Assembly: GCF_009914755.1 (NCBI RefSeq)
Contig: NC_060927.1
Reading direction: 5' to 3' (one strand)
Source: the human T2T-CHM13v2.0 reference genome, Homo sapiens
DNA length: 64,000 nucleotides
Shown here one piece after another: positions 1 to 12,833 of the stretch. Within the stretch, counting starts at the first letter, position 1; each line of letters begins with the position of its first letter. The notes beneath the pieces were generated by a model, which searched no databases, was not told the DNA's origin, and saw only the letters and a program-made list of their open reading frames with translations. The translations under genes were made by a program, and so were the position numbers.

Positions 1-704
1 TGAGAGCCATGAACAAATACAACAGGAACTTTTCCCTCCATTCCACATTTACCATGTGGATTAATGCCTGCTCCAAGCCAGGCACGGTGCTTAGAGGTCA
101 GGATTCAGGGATGACAAATGTAGACTTCAGCGTTGGGCCCGACGTCTTTTATGCACCATCTCACACTCTTACAGCCCACTTCTGCCAGAGCTGTGGCAAC
201 CCAAGAGTGCTTCACTTCATCCACACAAAGTGTTTCTTGCTTTCTTTAGGGCTTCTCTGCTGCAGCGTAGGTGCCCTAGAGACCTGCTTGGCCATTTGCT
301 GCCCCACCCCAGCAACACTTTGGGTACAAACCGCAGGAGCAAATTTAACCTGTGTAGGGAAAAATATTTCCGTCTTCTATGTCTTGAGTAGAGCATGCTG
401 AGGTGCATTCTCCACTGCTCCTCAGAGGGACCCATGCCCACATTGGTGTCGGATTCATTAATGCACCTAAATTGGACTGCAATCCCTGTTGCCCTCTCCC
501 CTAGCCCCCAACACCTTTTCCCAAAAATCACTTCTTCAAAAGAAATTATCTGCATGCAAGCCCTTGTCTTATCCTCTGCTTTTCAAGGGAACATAAGGTA
601 GGACTTTAAAAAAAAAAAACAAAAAAACACTTGTTTTGCATTTGTAGCAATTATAATGTCACATACTTCTATTAATGCAATAACTGGAAATGAAACATGA
701 GTCT

Positions 705-815
705 AAGGTCATTTTCATGTTAGAGAAGAGAAAAACTGGAGCACAGAGAGATCACTTGCCTTGCTAAATGTCACACAGCTAGGATAAAGCAAGAACCAGG
801 GCTCCCACATCTCCT
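705..815 (-). mobile_element. MIR SINE fragment
   Basis: Degenerate reverse-complement MIR core (aaaactggagcacagagag...gtcacacagctag). Confidence 0.65.
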
Positions 816-1192
816 CCAGAGCTGCTGTTACTAGATGAGTCAATTCAGGGACTGGGAGTCTCAACACACCCTCACAGGTGAACGTTTGGAGTTCCTTTGG
901 CTGGGTTTTGAAGGATGCTTATTAATTAGCTAGATGAAGAATGGAAAAAAGAGAGGGTTGGAATAGGAATTCTGCCTGAGGGAACAGCAGAAGCAGAGGT
1001 GCCAGGTGAAAATGATTCAACAGGGTTTATTCTGGAAACTAGTGAGCAGGGGCTTGAAGCACCGTAGGGCCAAGAAGATATACAGGGCATGGTAAGAAAT
1101 AAAGCAAAACAACATACAGGGCCACGTGGACTAAGCAGTTTGTTGACTTGTGGACACTAGGAATCATGGGGTGAAAAGGTGGGAAGAATGGG

Positions 1193-1553
1193 TGTATTAG
1201 TCTGTTCTCACATTGCTAATGATGATACCAGAGACTGGGTAATTTATAAAAGAAAGAGATTTAATTGACTCACAGTTCCATATGGCTGGGGAGGCTTCAC
1301 AGTCATGGCAGAAGGCAAACAAGGAGCAAAGTCATGTCTTACAAGGCGGCGGGTAGGAGAGTTTGTGTAGGGAAACTCCCCCTTATAAAGCCATCAGATC
1401 TCATGTGACTTATTCACTAACATAAGAACAGCACGGGAAAGACCCCCGCTGTGATTCAATTACCTCTCACCAGGTCCCTCCCATGACACATGGGGATTGT
1501 GGGAGCTACAATTCAAGATGAGATTTGGGTGGGAACACAGCCAAACCATATCA
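1193..1553 (-). mobile_element. THE1 (THE1C-like) MaLR solo LTR
   Basis: Runs tgtattagtctgttctcac...cagccaaaccatatca, the full reverse complement of a THE1 LTR; 5-bp TSD ATGGG/GTGGG. Confidence 0.93.
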
Positions 1554-2049
1554 GTGGGTAAGGCACACAGGGATAACTTCAGATTTGTGGATTCTGCCCT
1601 CAGTCAACTGGCCCATACACAGAGCCTCACCATCACACAACCAAGGTCAAACTGTTTCACCAAGGGCTAAGGACTCCATTCCTGAGCTCAGTCCCCTATT
1701 TCTAGCACTCTTGATTACCTTTTTTTATTTTTTAAGAAAAAAAAGATAGTTCTTGTTCTCTTGGGAAGAGATGCATCTTGAATCTCTAACAAATAACTAT
1801 TTAAGACCAGTGAGGGTCTAGAAAGGAAAGTGATGCCCATAGATGGACTCAGAACCAGCAGTCTACCAACAAGCCTCCTCCCCAGCAGTCTCTTCAAGCT
1901 GTGGCCATTTCTGTGAAGGAGGCTGAAGAGTAGCTCTTCACTCCGCAGAATTAATTACTGAGGACCACAGGCCTTGTCTACACTTGGCATAAAGAACAGT
2001 TTTTAACAAGTGATTGATTTCACACACACACACTTGCAGAAATCAGTCT

Positions 2050-2325
2050 CTCAACAGGCAGTCTCCTCCTCCTTTGCTGGTGAGAACATAAACTGGTGCG
2101 GGCTCTCTGGAGAGAGATTTGGCAGAATGGATGGAGAACCTTAACAGAGCTCATACCTTTTATTGCTACAATTTCCCTTCTAGGAATTCATGCACAAGAA
2201 TGCTCATTCTAGCCTCATTCATATTAGGAGAAAATTAAAATCAACCTTGATGTCCAGCAATCAGGACTGAATAAATTATAGCATGTCCATTCAGTGGAAA
2301 ATAATGCAGCCATTAAGCAAACATA
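2050..2325 (+). mobile_element. Old L1M (L1ME-like) 3' fragment; resumes at ~3310-3450
   Basis: Decayed L1 3' motifs (tttgctggtgagaac, aatttcccttctaggaatt, aataatgcagccattaa). Confidence 0.7.
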
Positions 2326-2330
2326 AGGTA

Positions 2331-2533
2331 TGTGGTAGACTGCAAAAATAGCCACAATTATTCCCTTCCCCTTATCCATGCCCCTTATAATGTGACTTTG
2401 CCACAATTCCCAAAAAGAGGTAGAGTCTATTTTGCACCTCCTGGCCATGCGAGTCACTTTGGTCAATAGAATATAGAGAAATTGACAGTCAGTGCTCCTG
2501 TCTTTAGACCTCAAGAAGCCATGAGCACTCCTG

Positions 2534-2566
<33 letters not shown>

Positions 2567-3300
2567 ACTCTCTCTCTTCCCCCTCCCCACCCACCTTGCC
2601 TTCTCACTCTTGCTCTTGTTCCAGCTCTCAAAATCTTGACATTGACATGTGCACAAACCCAGCCTAGCCTACTGGAGGATGAGAGACCCCATGGAGGAGA
2701 GCTTAGCAGTCTCAACTGAGGCCATCTTCGATCTGACTCTAACCAGCTAACCCTCAAATACATAAGGGAGTCACCAAGTTCAGCAGAGCCACTCACCTGT
2801 CACACTTGATTATAGATACACCAATGAGCTCAGTCAAGATCAGAAGAGCCCTCCAGCTGACCAGAGGTCTCATAAGCAATAGCAAATTCTAAATGTTTTA
2901 AAATCAGCAGTTCTCAAAGCATGGTCTGGGATCTGGGAACTCCTGGGGAGTCCCTGAGGCCCTAGTAGAGGATCTGCAAAGTCCAAACTCTTTTGCTAAT
3001 ACTACTAACATGTTATTTGCCTTGTTCACTCTCAAGAGTGTACAGTGGACTTTCCCATAGGTTATATGATGTGTAATAACATTATTGCTGTGACAGTTAA
3101 TAGAATACATGTGTGTGCATTCTTCATTCTAAAATTATCTCAGCTTTAATTTCCTATACAGTAAATATTGATAGATATAGCTGACCTAGCAAAAGTTCTT
3201 TGAGGTCCTTAATGACTTTACAAGTGTAAAAGTGTCCTGAGACCAAAAATGTTTGAGAACCGCTGTAAAACCATTGGGTTTGGGGGTAATTTGTATAAGA
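2331..3300 (+). mobile_element. MLT1 (MLT1H-like) solo LTR interrupted by a hAT element
   Basis: 5' tgtggtagactgcaaaaatagccac...aatgtgactttgcc; the 3' motif aaaccattgggtttgggggtaatttgt resumes after 3265. Confidence 0.75.
2905..3265. mobile_element. hAT-Charlie non-autonomous DNA transposon (Charlie18a-like)
   Basis: TIRs CAGCAGTTCTCAAA ... TTTGAGAACCGCTG; internal sequence is Charlie-like. Confidence 0.8.
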
Positions 3301-6061
3301 CGTCTATACAAATATAAGCATGTAATCAAAATGTTAATAGTGATCATCTGTGGATGATGGGATTATGGGAAATGTGTATAGAGATTTTTCCCTTTTTTAT
3401 ACTTTATCTGTATTTTCCAACTTTTTATAAGAAATGTTTTGCTTATATGAGAAATATAGCTTTAAGATAAAGTTGACTGATCTGTATAATCTTTAGAAAG
3501 AAGAGAGAAACCTCTCTTGCTCTATGGGAAGGTCGCTCCTGTGGGAAGGTCTTGGCAGAAGGAAATAAACATGTTGAAGGCCATTCTCTGTAGCCCTGGT
3601 CACCTCCATCCAGCGAAAGTAGCAAAGGGACCCTGAATTTCCACCTCCTCCACTTCTAGAGGGCAGTTTGGTCAGCTTTCTCTCGCTGTCCTCTTTTCAA
3701 ATAAGAAAAACAAGGACTCTAGTTCCCAATGTAAGGATCCACTCAGAGAAGCCCCCAAACAAGAAGTGAGCAAGAGCCATTTTCTATTCCTGCCTGTGAA
3801 GAACCTCTAGAAGTTGACTGCATTCCAGCAGCAGTTGCCTAGGGAACACCAGTGACAAAAAGGAGCCGTGAGGACACACTAAATAACTTTAGCAACTATT
3901 TGCATTTGGCAGATGTAGCCAAGGGCAGGGCCCTGCCTGGCTCCCTGTGGAAGCCGCAGGAGCCCCACAAGGAAGGGGGGGCCACTGGAACAGTCATAGG
4001 GGAGCAGGGAGGTGGGTGAAGAAGTGAGGGCCTTAACTCTTTCATTGCCCCTCCCCAAGCCTGCTGGGGCAAGGGTTTGTCCCAGAAGAGATCTCCTGGG
4101 CTTTGTGGAAACCCCAGAGAAAGTGCAGCCTCTTCCGGGAACTGGGTCCTCCCACACACCCACAGCCTACAGCCCCCCACCCACCCACCATGCCCCCCAG
4201 TCTTGCTTCTGCTTCCGCCACCAGGGAAGGCAGGTGACAGGATGGGCTGTGAGCTCCAGGCTCAGCCTTGCTGTGGCAGCTAATTGGGATGGTTTTTACC
4301 TGCCAGGTGAAAAGTCTGCCTGGGGAGGGGCAGTCAGCTCTCTGTCAACCCTGCTTCCTCTCTGTCTGCCAGCTCTCATTAGGACTAAGCCAGTCCCATG
4401 GAGCCCCAAGAGGAGAAGAGGCCAATGAGCCAAGCCGTTCCTGCCTGTGGCCTGGAAATCAGAGCTGCTTCGAGCAAGCTCTGCGCGGGCTCTTTAAGGT
4501 GAGCCCCAGTGCCTGGGCTTCCCACTCTCTGGGTGGGATGGAGACGAGACCGAAAATAGAAAGCAGCAGAGGCCCAGACCAAGCCTGGCTTTTCTCACTG
4601 CCCCCTTCAAAAAGTTCTGCTCAGATCAGATGATATCAGAAATGATTGGCGCCTTTATTTCCCCCCTTTGCTTCTAGTCCCCCACCCCCTTTCCAGTTTG
4701 ACCACATCTGTAGGCTCTGTTGAAACAGAGCCAACATAAACAAAAACAAACTGAAACCCAGCAGCCAGCGAGGGCGGGATGTGCCACCCATCTGGGCAGG
4801 CCACGTGCAGGGCTGAGGACTGCCAAGGCACACCTCCTGCTGGTAAAAGGCACCGTGTGGAGTAATTAACCTCCAGGGCTTGGTGAGTGAAAAGCACCAT
4901 GTAACCATGCTGGGTAATTGAAGAGGAAGAGAGGAGCGCTCTCCCGAGTGAACATTCAAATGTGTGCAGCTTGCTGGACCCTCTCAAGCAGGATGGCAGT
5001 CGGTTGGCCATGCCCCATAATGTGGCTGTCATCATTTGTCTTCCAAATTGTTGCCCAATCAGAATGGCTTCGGGACCCTTCGGCTTCTATGTATGCATAT
5101 GTATAAAGAGACTTCTTAAAGCCATGCAGGATTTGTTGTTTTATTTTTTAGTGAGAATGTCCAGAGCTGGCGAAAGCAGAAGAGAAATAAACACTCCGGT
5201 AGTCTGCTGGTGAGGATGACAACTGGTCGACATTTCTAGAGGCCAGTTCCGGCTCCAACACTGCTTGCGTGTATCTGTGAAAGAGACCCAGGTGCCATGA
5301 GGCTAGGAAGGCTGGGATTTCGCAGCTCTTTGCACTGAAACTGCTGTTTCCTTGCTGGTGCTGCTGGAGATGAAAATCCACCATCCTCCAGAAACCCAAA
5401 TCTCTCCTGGCACCAGCTCCCGGTGGCCAGCAAGTCCTATCATCAACTGGAAGAAATGAATGACATGCTCTCCGCATCACACTCACTTAGAGGGGTCACA
5501 CAGCAAAGCTGCTTAAGCCCCTGAAGCATTTGAGTTTAGAGATGTCTCCCCTTCAGTTGACAGCTGTGACTTTCCAGAAAACACATATGCCACTGTGAGG
5601 TAGGGTAGTTTCTTGTATTCATTATACAGTACCCAGAGCTCCTCCCTGTGCTGTTTATGCTGTCAGATATCTTGTTTACCACGAAAGACACCATCCCCCA
5701 TCATGGGGGTCCCCGAAACTGGACCACCATCCAAGCTATCTAAATTCATTAGTCCCAGTAGCATATGTCCAAACTCAAATGTGGATGAGTCAGGAGACTT
5801 CACTTCTTAGAGGCTGCAAATAGACAACCAGAAAAAGGATTCTCATCTAATTCTGTTCATCTGGTCGTTCAAATTCTGGTTCCTACTCCACCCAAAACAC
5901 CATTACATGAGCCTGAGAAATGACTGGATTACACAGACAAATACATTCTCAATGCGTTCCTTGGGATTGTGGGATTAAGCTGATTTTCTGCCCTTCGCAT
6001 CTTTCTTTGCAGTAAAGACTTTCTGCTCTTCCAAGTGATTTTGAGCCTATTATTTCACAAG

Positions 6062-6563
6062 TGTAGCAGATTGTTTGCAAAAATGGCCAAAACTATTCCA
6101 CCCTCTGTATCTGCAGTCAGACTTTTCAATGTGACTTTGTTGCTTTTCCCATCAAAAGGTGAAATTTGTTTCTCCACTCCTTGAGTCTGGGCTGGCCTTG
6201 TAACTTGCTTTGACCTACAGAATGATGCAGCAGTGGCACCATGACAGGCCTAGGTCTAGGTCTGAAAAGGTTTTGTGTCCTTCTGTCCTGGAGTCCAGAG
6301 ACTCCCTGGGGTAGCCTGTTAAAGGATGAAAAGCTCATGGAACACAGACACTGTCTCAGCTGGGTCAGCCTGGACCAGCCAGCCCTTAGCAGCCCCGGCA
6401 GTTAACCACAGATGGATGAGTGAGCCTAGTCAATGCTGAAGAACCACCCAGCAGAACCCAGCTCAAACGCTGAGTTACACACAGCATCATGAGCTAAATA
6501 AATGGTGGTTGTTACAAGCCACTAAGTTTGGGGGGTTCTTTTTATGCAGCAAGAGCTGATACC
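6062..6563 (+). mobile_element. MLT1H-like solo LTR
   Basis: tgtagcagattgtttgcaaaaatggcc...ttgagtctgggctggccttg...aagccactaagtttgggggg. Confidence 0.85.
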
Positions 6564-7944
6564 ATGAACTCCCAAACTAAGTGGAAGGGGTGTCCACTTA
6601 TCCAATTGAGGACTCAGAAAGTGCTGGCACAGAAGGACTGGGTGTTTTATTTATTTATTCATTTATTTACTCAAGGCCTCATAGTCAGGTAGTAACATAC
6701 TCAGAACTTGAACCCAAGTGCTCCACTGGCCTGTTTCCTCATTTGCATCTCCTCCTGAATGGCAGGTATTTGGGAAGCTTCCAGACAGCAGCTCCTGGAA
6801 ATCCCTCCTGAGAGAGCCTGCTACATTTTCTCAGGGATCTGTCCAATTTCACCAGCTGCCATCCCACCCCAGCACCCTGCCTGTCTCCAACCCTCGGTCC
6901 GCAGCAAACCCACACGCCCACCATCAGCCCCCTCATAACAACCCAGCCAGCACTGCCAGCTCTTTCCATCTGCAGGGTTCCAGCAGCTCCATCGCCAGCC
7001 AGCATCGCTCCCTTCCACAGGCAGCAAGAGCAACGAGCCCTAAGAACATGAAAACACTTCTTTTCAGCCACACTGAAAGAGATCAGTGGGTGGGCCCGTC
7101 CACTTGTCGGCATCCGTTGGAGATCAAAGCAAACACAAGAGGGAACAGACCCAAAGGAAGGAGGAGGGAAAAGCCCCCCTCAACACACTGCAAACCCAGC
7201 CAGTCGTTCTGAGGGGAGATGTGGGAATAATCCTGACCAAAACCCCACCCCTCCCCAAGGAGCCCAGAGAAGAAAGGATGACAAAGAAATAGGAAGGTGG
7301 GGGGTGTGGGGTGGGAAGAGGAAGTAGCAGAAGGTACACAGGAAGGGAGGAGGGCTTGGAGGAAGCAACCCACCCTCTGGCAGCTCCCAGAGAGGGCCTT
7401 GCTCTATGGGGGCCCTTGGGGAAACAACAGGAGGGCAGGCAGCCCAAGGAGGGGGCAGCTGCACGCAGGTCCTGGCTGTGCACGTGGGCACCGGCTGCCA
7501 GCTGGAGGCTGCCCTGGCTTCTGAAGGGAGGGGGTGGTGCTTTTCTCTTCTCTCTAAAGAGTTGGAGAAAACCGAGCCCGGCCCATGAACACGGCCAGGC
7601 CCGATTTCCTCCCACCAGGCAAATTCTTTCCTGTGCTTGGGAAACACACCTGGCTAGAATTCTCATCCCATGGGCCAGGAGCTCAGAGCTTTCTGCCCAG
7701 TGGATGGTCCCTAGGGGAAATACAACGTTTGGCTAAAGCAAAAGACTCTGATGTCAAAAATCATCAGCGGGAGACACATGGCAAGCACCAAATTGGCTGC
7801 TCAGTGTGCCCTGAGTTGGTAGCAGTCACAGGAATGGTAATGGCAATAATAATAAGAGTAATCTAAGGGCCTGGTGTAGCGAGCGCTTATGAGGTGCCTG
7901 GCATTATTTTATGGCCCCCTCACAGCAACTCTATGGGGCAGGCA

Positions 7945-8395
7945 TCTGAGACGCTAGCAGCGCCTGGCTCCTTAAACACGGTGCACTCTGGCCCGACTTC
8001 ACCTGCCAACACCTGCGCTGTTTTGCCAAAGGCTTTCTTCTCACTGGCTCTGCTGCCTCACCTAGCAGGCCAGCAGTCCCCCAGGAATTAATATCACCCC
8101 AGAGCAGCCCTCAGCCAATGGGTGATGCAAGATCAATATCCCAGCTCCTCTGCTCTTTGAGTGGGATAACTCACTGTGGGAACTTCAGGGGCGCCCAGTG
8201 TACCCAAGGGCGTTAAGCTCCAGTCACCCATTGTGGTGACTTGCTTGATAATACGCCTAGTATTGGCTACCTTCTCCTCCCCATCTCACTTCCCCATGCC
8301 CCTTCTAGTGTTTCCTGGGGTCACCTTCCAAATAAACTACTTGTACTGGAATCCTTGTCCCAGGATCAGCTTCTGAGGAAAATACAACCTAAGAG
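7945..8395 (+). mobile_element. LTR16-family (ERVL) solo LTR inserted in a MIR
   Basis: agcagccctcagccaatg and a 3' end caccttccaaataaactacttgtac...aacctaagaga; MIR pieces on both sides. Confidence 0.8.
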
Positions 8396-8644
8396 AGGTA
8401 CGGCTCCATTATAGAGGTGAGAATGTCCAGGCTCAAAGGGTGTTAAGAACTCAGTGTGGTCTGCCTGACCCCAAGTGCTCTTAATGACTATTCTCTACCA
8501 CGGTTACTTTGATTTTTGTTGAGTCTTTGGAGTGCAAAGTGAACTTTCGTTCAGGCCAGAAAAAGCCCAAAGCTCACACCCCCATTGAGAGGGGCTTCTC
8601 GCATGCTGTTCTGGGTTCTCCTGAGCAAACCAGAGCTAGACACA

Positions 8645-8800
8645 ACTGGTTAAGAAGACAAGCTTTGACATCAGAAGACCTGGGTTTTCCTTCTGAAGAT
8701 GCCACTTATGAGTCTATGGCCTTGGGTGAGTCACTTAACCTCTCTGCATCTGAGTTTCCTTCTCAGTAAAGTGAGGATACAGAGGCTCCCTGGTGAGGTG
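8645..8800 (+). mobile_element. MIR SINE
   Basis: ggccttgggtgagtcacttaacctctctgcatctgagtttcct core. Confidence 0.8.
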
Positions 8801-9548
8801 GAAATTCCAAGGAGTAAGTTCCCAATGACATGAGCGCCTGTGAGAGAGAGGAAAGTATTGCGGGCAGGACAGGGCCAGCCAGGGAGGTGTCCTTGGAACC
8901 AGCTTCAGTTAGTTTTGGGCGAGCTGCTTTCCCTTTCCCCTTTTCCCCATTTGGGTGAAATAGGTGTGTGTTGTGTCACTGATGACATGAGACCATGAAA
9001 GTGAGACTCTCATACATGAGACAGAACTGCTTCTTCCTTTCTGGTCTTTTTGTATCAAGGATTTGTGTTTAACAGGCTTGATCTAAGTCCCCAGAGATAT
9101 TTAAATAGAATCAGAATTTTAAAAACCAATCTGATTCCAGAGCACTCCACGCAGCTGCCGGGTGCCCAATTAGCATCCTGAATTGTGCCAGGCAGCCAGC
9201 CCAGTGGGTGCTCTGGCCATGAACAGCTTCAGCAAAAGCCTCCCTAGCCGCAGGCCAGGCAGAGCTGGAGGTGCAGCCACGGGGCACTGGCCAGAGGGTG
9301 GAGACCACTTCTTGGAGAGAAGACACAGAGCAAAGAGCACTCCAAGTTCAAGGCGAAGCTTTTGGAGCTGGAGCAGTGGTTCTGAAGTGGTGGAGCACAG
9401 CTCCCTGGAATGCCTCAGACCCTTCATGAGTGGGCCACCACGCTGGAGACTCCTGTGTGCCCCTCCAGATTCACCTGCCATTTTCCTCTACCCTGCTCTG
9501 TGTCCTGGAAGGCCGCCCCGTACGGAGTCCTCTGGCTTCTTCTTAGTA

Positions 9549-10174
9549 CAGTGGTCACCTCTTATCCATGATTTTAGTTACCCACAGTCAACCATGGTCC
9601 CAAAATATTAAATGGAAAAAAATCACAGAAATAAAAAATCCATACATTTTCCACTGTGCACCATTCCAAGTAGAATGATGAAATCTTGTACTCTCCCACT
9701 TCAGCGCACCTGGGACATGAATCCTTCCTTTGTCCATTGGATCCACGCCGTCTACAATCCCCACCGTCTAGTCACTTAGTAGCCCTCTCGGTGATCAGAT
9801 CGACTCTCGTGCTATCCCAGTGCCTGTGTTCAAGGAACCCTTATTTTAGTGAATGATGACCCCAAAGTGCAAGAGTATTGATGCTGGCAATTCAGGTATG
9901 CCAAAGAGAAACTGTAAAGTGCTTCCTTCAAGTGAAAAGATGAAAGTTCACGACTTAATAAGGAAAGAAAAAGATTGTATGGCGAGGTTGCTAAGATCTG
10001 TGGTAAGAATGAATCTTGCATCTGTGAAATTGTGAAGAATGAAAAAGAAATCGTGCTATATATATATATGTGTGTGTGTCTGTGTGTGTGTGTACGGTTC
10101 AGTAGTATTCTATGGTTTCAGGCACGCACTAGGGATCTGGGAACATACTCCCCATGGAGAAGAGGGGACTACTG
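9549..10174 (+). mobile_element. MER44B/Tigger7 (TcMar-Tigger) non-autonomous DNA transposon
   Basis: TA|cagtggtcacctcttatccatg ... catggagaagaggggactactg TIRs; internal transposase remnant. Confidence 0.88.
9898..10056 (+). pseudogene. Frameshifted N-terminal remnant of the Tigger7 transposase (CENP-B-like HTH)
   Basis: MPKRNCKVLPSSEKMKVHDLIRKEK in one frame continues as YGEVAKICGKNESCICEIVKNEKEI in another, typical of a Tigger/pogo N-terminus. Confidence 0.75.
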
Positions 10175-10584
10175 GCAGGAGATTGGTGGGTGGAAAGAGA
10201 GAGGCCAGGGTGCTTATTGCATTGCAAGTTGGCAGCATCCCTCCACCCCAGGGCACACTCCTGTCAGGCAGCCTTCTCTCACTCCTCTTTCTGGCTCCTT
10301 TCCTTGCCCTGTTAGCCTAAGGGTGAGAACAGCTCCCAGCTGGAAGCCCCAGGGCACTAACCAATCTCTTGTGGTTACCCTAAATCTTCCAATACCCTTG
10401 CCACTGGTGCCTTCATTAAACTTTCTTTAATTATGCTGTTTGAGTATATCATCAGTTCCCTGCTGAGACCTAGACACAGTCACCAAACTTGGAACAAAAT
10501 ATAAAGTATATTTTTGCCACAACTAAGTTTATAAACGATGATGGGCATCTGTCTCTGTGCCAAGCTGAGCGGGTCATGTGGTGC

Positions 10585-11110
10585 ATCTGCCAAGACGCCA
10601 TTTGGTTGCAAATAACAGAAACCCTGATTCATGCTGCTTTAAATAGAAAATGGGGTATTTTCTCACTTAACAGAAGGTCTGAAGGAAGGCAGTCACTGAC
10701 ACTGATTTCAATGATTTCAGGACCAACCTCTGTGATTCTCTAGGCTTTTCTCTTGTGGACACAAGATGGCTGCTTCAGCTCCAGGCACCTCATCCATGCT
10801 TAAGTTGGGAATAAGCTGGCCTTATGAAAATATTAGGTTGGTGCAAAAGTAATTGCGATTTTTGCCATTACTTTTAATGGCAAAAACTGCAATTACTTTT
10901 GCACCAACCTAAAAGCATCAATCACTTCTGCGCAGGAAAAAGGAAGATTTCCCAAATGCTGCACCAAGAAGACTCACAGGCTATATCTGGGTAGCCCAGC
11001 CACTCTGGCTGCAAGGAAAGCGGGAAGAGAACTATACAGCATTCAATCCTCTGGAGGGGGAGGTATAAAGGGAAAGAGAGTCTGGAAACTGTTTGAAGGT
11101 AAGGTAACTC
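10585..11110 (-). mobile_element. MLT1J/K-like LTR containing MADE1
   Basis: tttggttgcaaataacagaaaccctgatt, cacaagatggctgcttcagctccaggc, cactctggctgcaaggaa. Confidence 0.7.
10833..10912. mobile_element. MADE1 (Hsmar1-derived mariner MITE), full length 80 bp
   Basis: TA|ttaggttggtgcaaaagtaattgc...gcaattacttttgcaccaacctaa near-perfect palindrome. Confidence 0.97.
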
Positions 11111-12431
11111 TTCAGCAGGGTCTTGCATTGCACCAAAAAATAACAGAGGTACACCTTGCAATGAGCACAAAATAAGAGGCACAAGTGAGGGTGAAGTCAA
11201 CCTCCCCATCTCCCATTTCTGGTGTTTACTGGCACGAGTGGGACTTTTGCTAGTCAAGGCAGTAAATGATTCTATTCTGCCAGCAGCCCCGTCCCTTCAA
11301 TTGTGCTGCCAAAAATATTATTATTTTCACAGTCTAATCGGCCCACAAAAAGTTACAGTAATTCATGTTTTCCTGGTGCAGAGAGCCAAATTCCTGACTC
11401 GCCCCAGAGTTAAAAGGCACAGTGGCTTAGGGCAAAGGGCAGAATCCTTCAAATTACCAAACTGAAAGGCTTAAAACAGAATCCAAATCAGGGAATGATG
11501 CCTCCCACCCCCCTAGCTCCTCATCTCTGCCCTAAGAATGTGTTCATGTCTTCTCAGCCTCCAAAGGTCCCTTGCACTTTAAGCAAGATCATTCTTATTC
11601 CCCAATTTTTCCCCCAGCTCTGCTCAAATATGTAAGCATACAATGACTGTTTGGCTGCCTCATCACTGTCAAATGACACTAGACCAGTTGTGATTTTCTT
11701 CTTTCTGCTCATCTGTCTCTTCTCATTTTCTTGACAATAAACATGTATGGTGTGTAATCAATTTTTTTAATTTAGTTTTTTTTTAAACAACACTAGGCAT
11801 CTATCAGAAGGAAAATGAGAATACCACCCTAGCAAATTATACCATTGCCCCCATTTTGCCCGTCCATGGGGGATTAAAGAAATATACTCCCTAAAGGACA
11901 CAAGTAGCTGCCAATGATTCGCTGAGTCAGATTCAAGAAGCTTTGGAAGGAGTAGTTCAATCTAGTGGCCTTCTCCCCACTCCTTCTGAGCTTCCTGCAC
12001 AGTCTGGGGAGAGAAAGGTTAATTCCACACTGTGATTGAGGTTTATCAAATATATCAGACTTTCCTCAAACAGTTTTGGAAATGGCCAAGTAATGGAATG
12101 ACCTTGCCAAGCTCTTTCCCACTGAATTTCGGAGCCTGTGTGTATTTTGATGGAAATATAATCCATATGTTTGCTTCATTTATACATCCTCATCCACACA
12201 GCTCTAAGAGCTAGCTGATTGATGTCCAGGGGCTCTTAGAGACTTTTTGGAGAATTTTTTCCTCAAAAAGGAGGAAGCTGACTTCACTGGCAGCAGTAGG
12301 AGCTTGCCTGCCAAACATCTGGGAGTGAGTCAAGACACAGAAGCCAAAGGTCTGGAGAAGAAGATGAAAGATCAGGTATCATCCTTCTCCAGGAATAAGG
12401 CTCGTGGCTTTTTTCTGTATCCAGTACTGAT

Positions 12432-12833
12432 TGCTATGGTTCAAATGTCCCCTCCAAAACCTCATGTCAAAATTGAATTGCCATTCCAACAGTATTAAGA
12501 GTTGGGACATTTAAGAGATCATTAGGTCATGAGGCCTCTGCCCTCACGGATGGATTAATGCAGTTTCCACAGGGGCAGGTTAGTTATCACAGGAGCGTTC
12601 TCGAATAAAAGGATGAGTTTCCTCTCCATCACATGTGCACGCTTCCTCACCACGTGAGGCTTTCTGCCACATTATGATGCCACAAGAAGGCCCTCATCAG
12701 ATGGCCAAGCAGGTGCCACCACCATGCCCTTTGACTTCCAGCCTCTAGACCCATGAGCTAAATAAATGTCTTTTCTTTATAAATTACCCAGTCTGTGGTA
12801 TTCTGTTACAGCAGCAGAAAATAGACTGTAATA
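12432..12833 (+). mobile_element. MST (MSTD-like) MaLR solo LTR
   Basis: tgctatggttcaaatgtcccctccaaaac ... aaattacccagtctgtggtattctgttacagcagcagaaaatagact. Confidence 0.88.

Larger units (their letters stand above)
9440..10478 (+). mobile_element. LTR33-like (ERVL) LTR split by MER44B
   Basis: ccctgctctgtgtcctggaagg before the Tigger; gcaggagattggtgggtgg...ccttcattaaact...tttgagtatatcatcagttccctgctgagacc after it. Confidence 0.7.

Noticed and set aside
3650-3668. CTCF-like CTTCTAGAGGGCAG
   Set aside because: Mismatch at the near-invariant second C of the core.
3906-3922. NFI-like TTGGC...GCCAA
   Set aside because: Spacer is 7 nt, not the required 5.
6718-7866. Cluster of overlapping 120-180 aa ORFs on both strands
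   Set aside because: GC-rich sequence depleted of stops; the translations are P/G/S/L-rich with no family resemblance.
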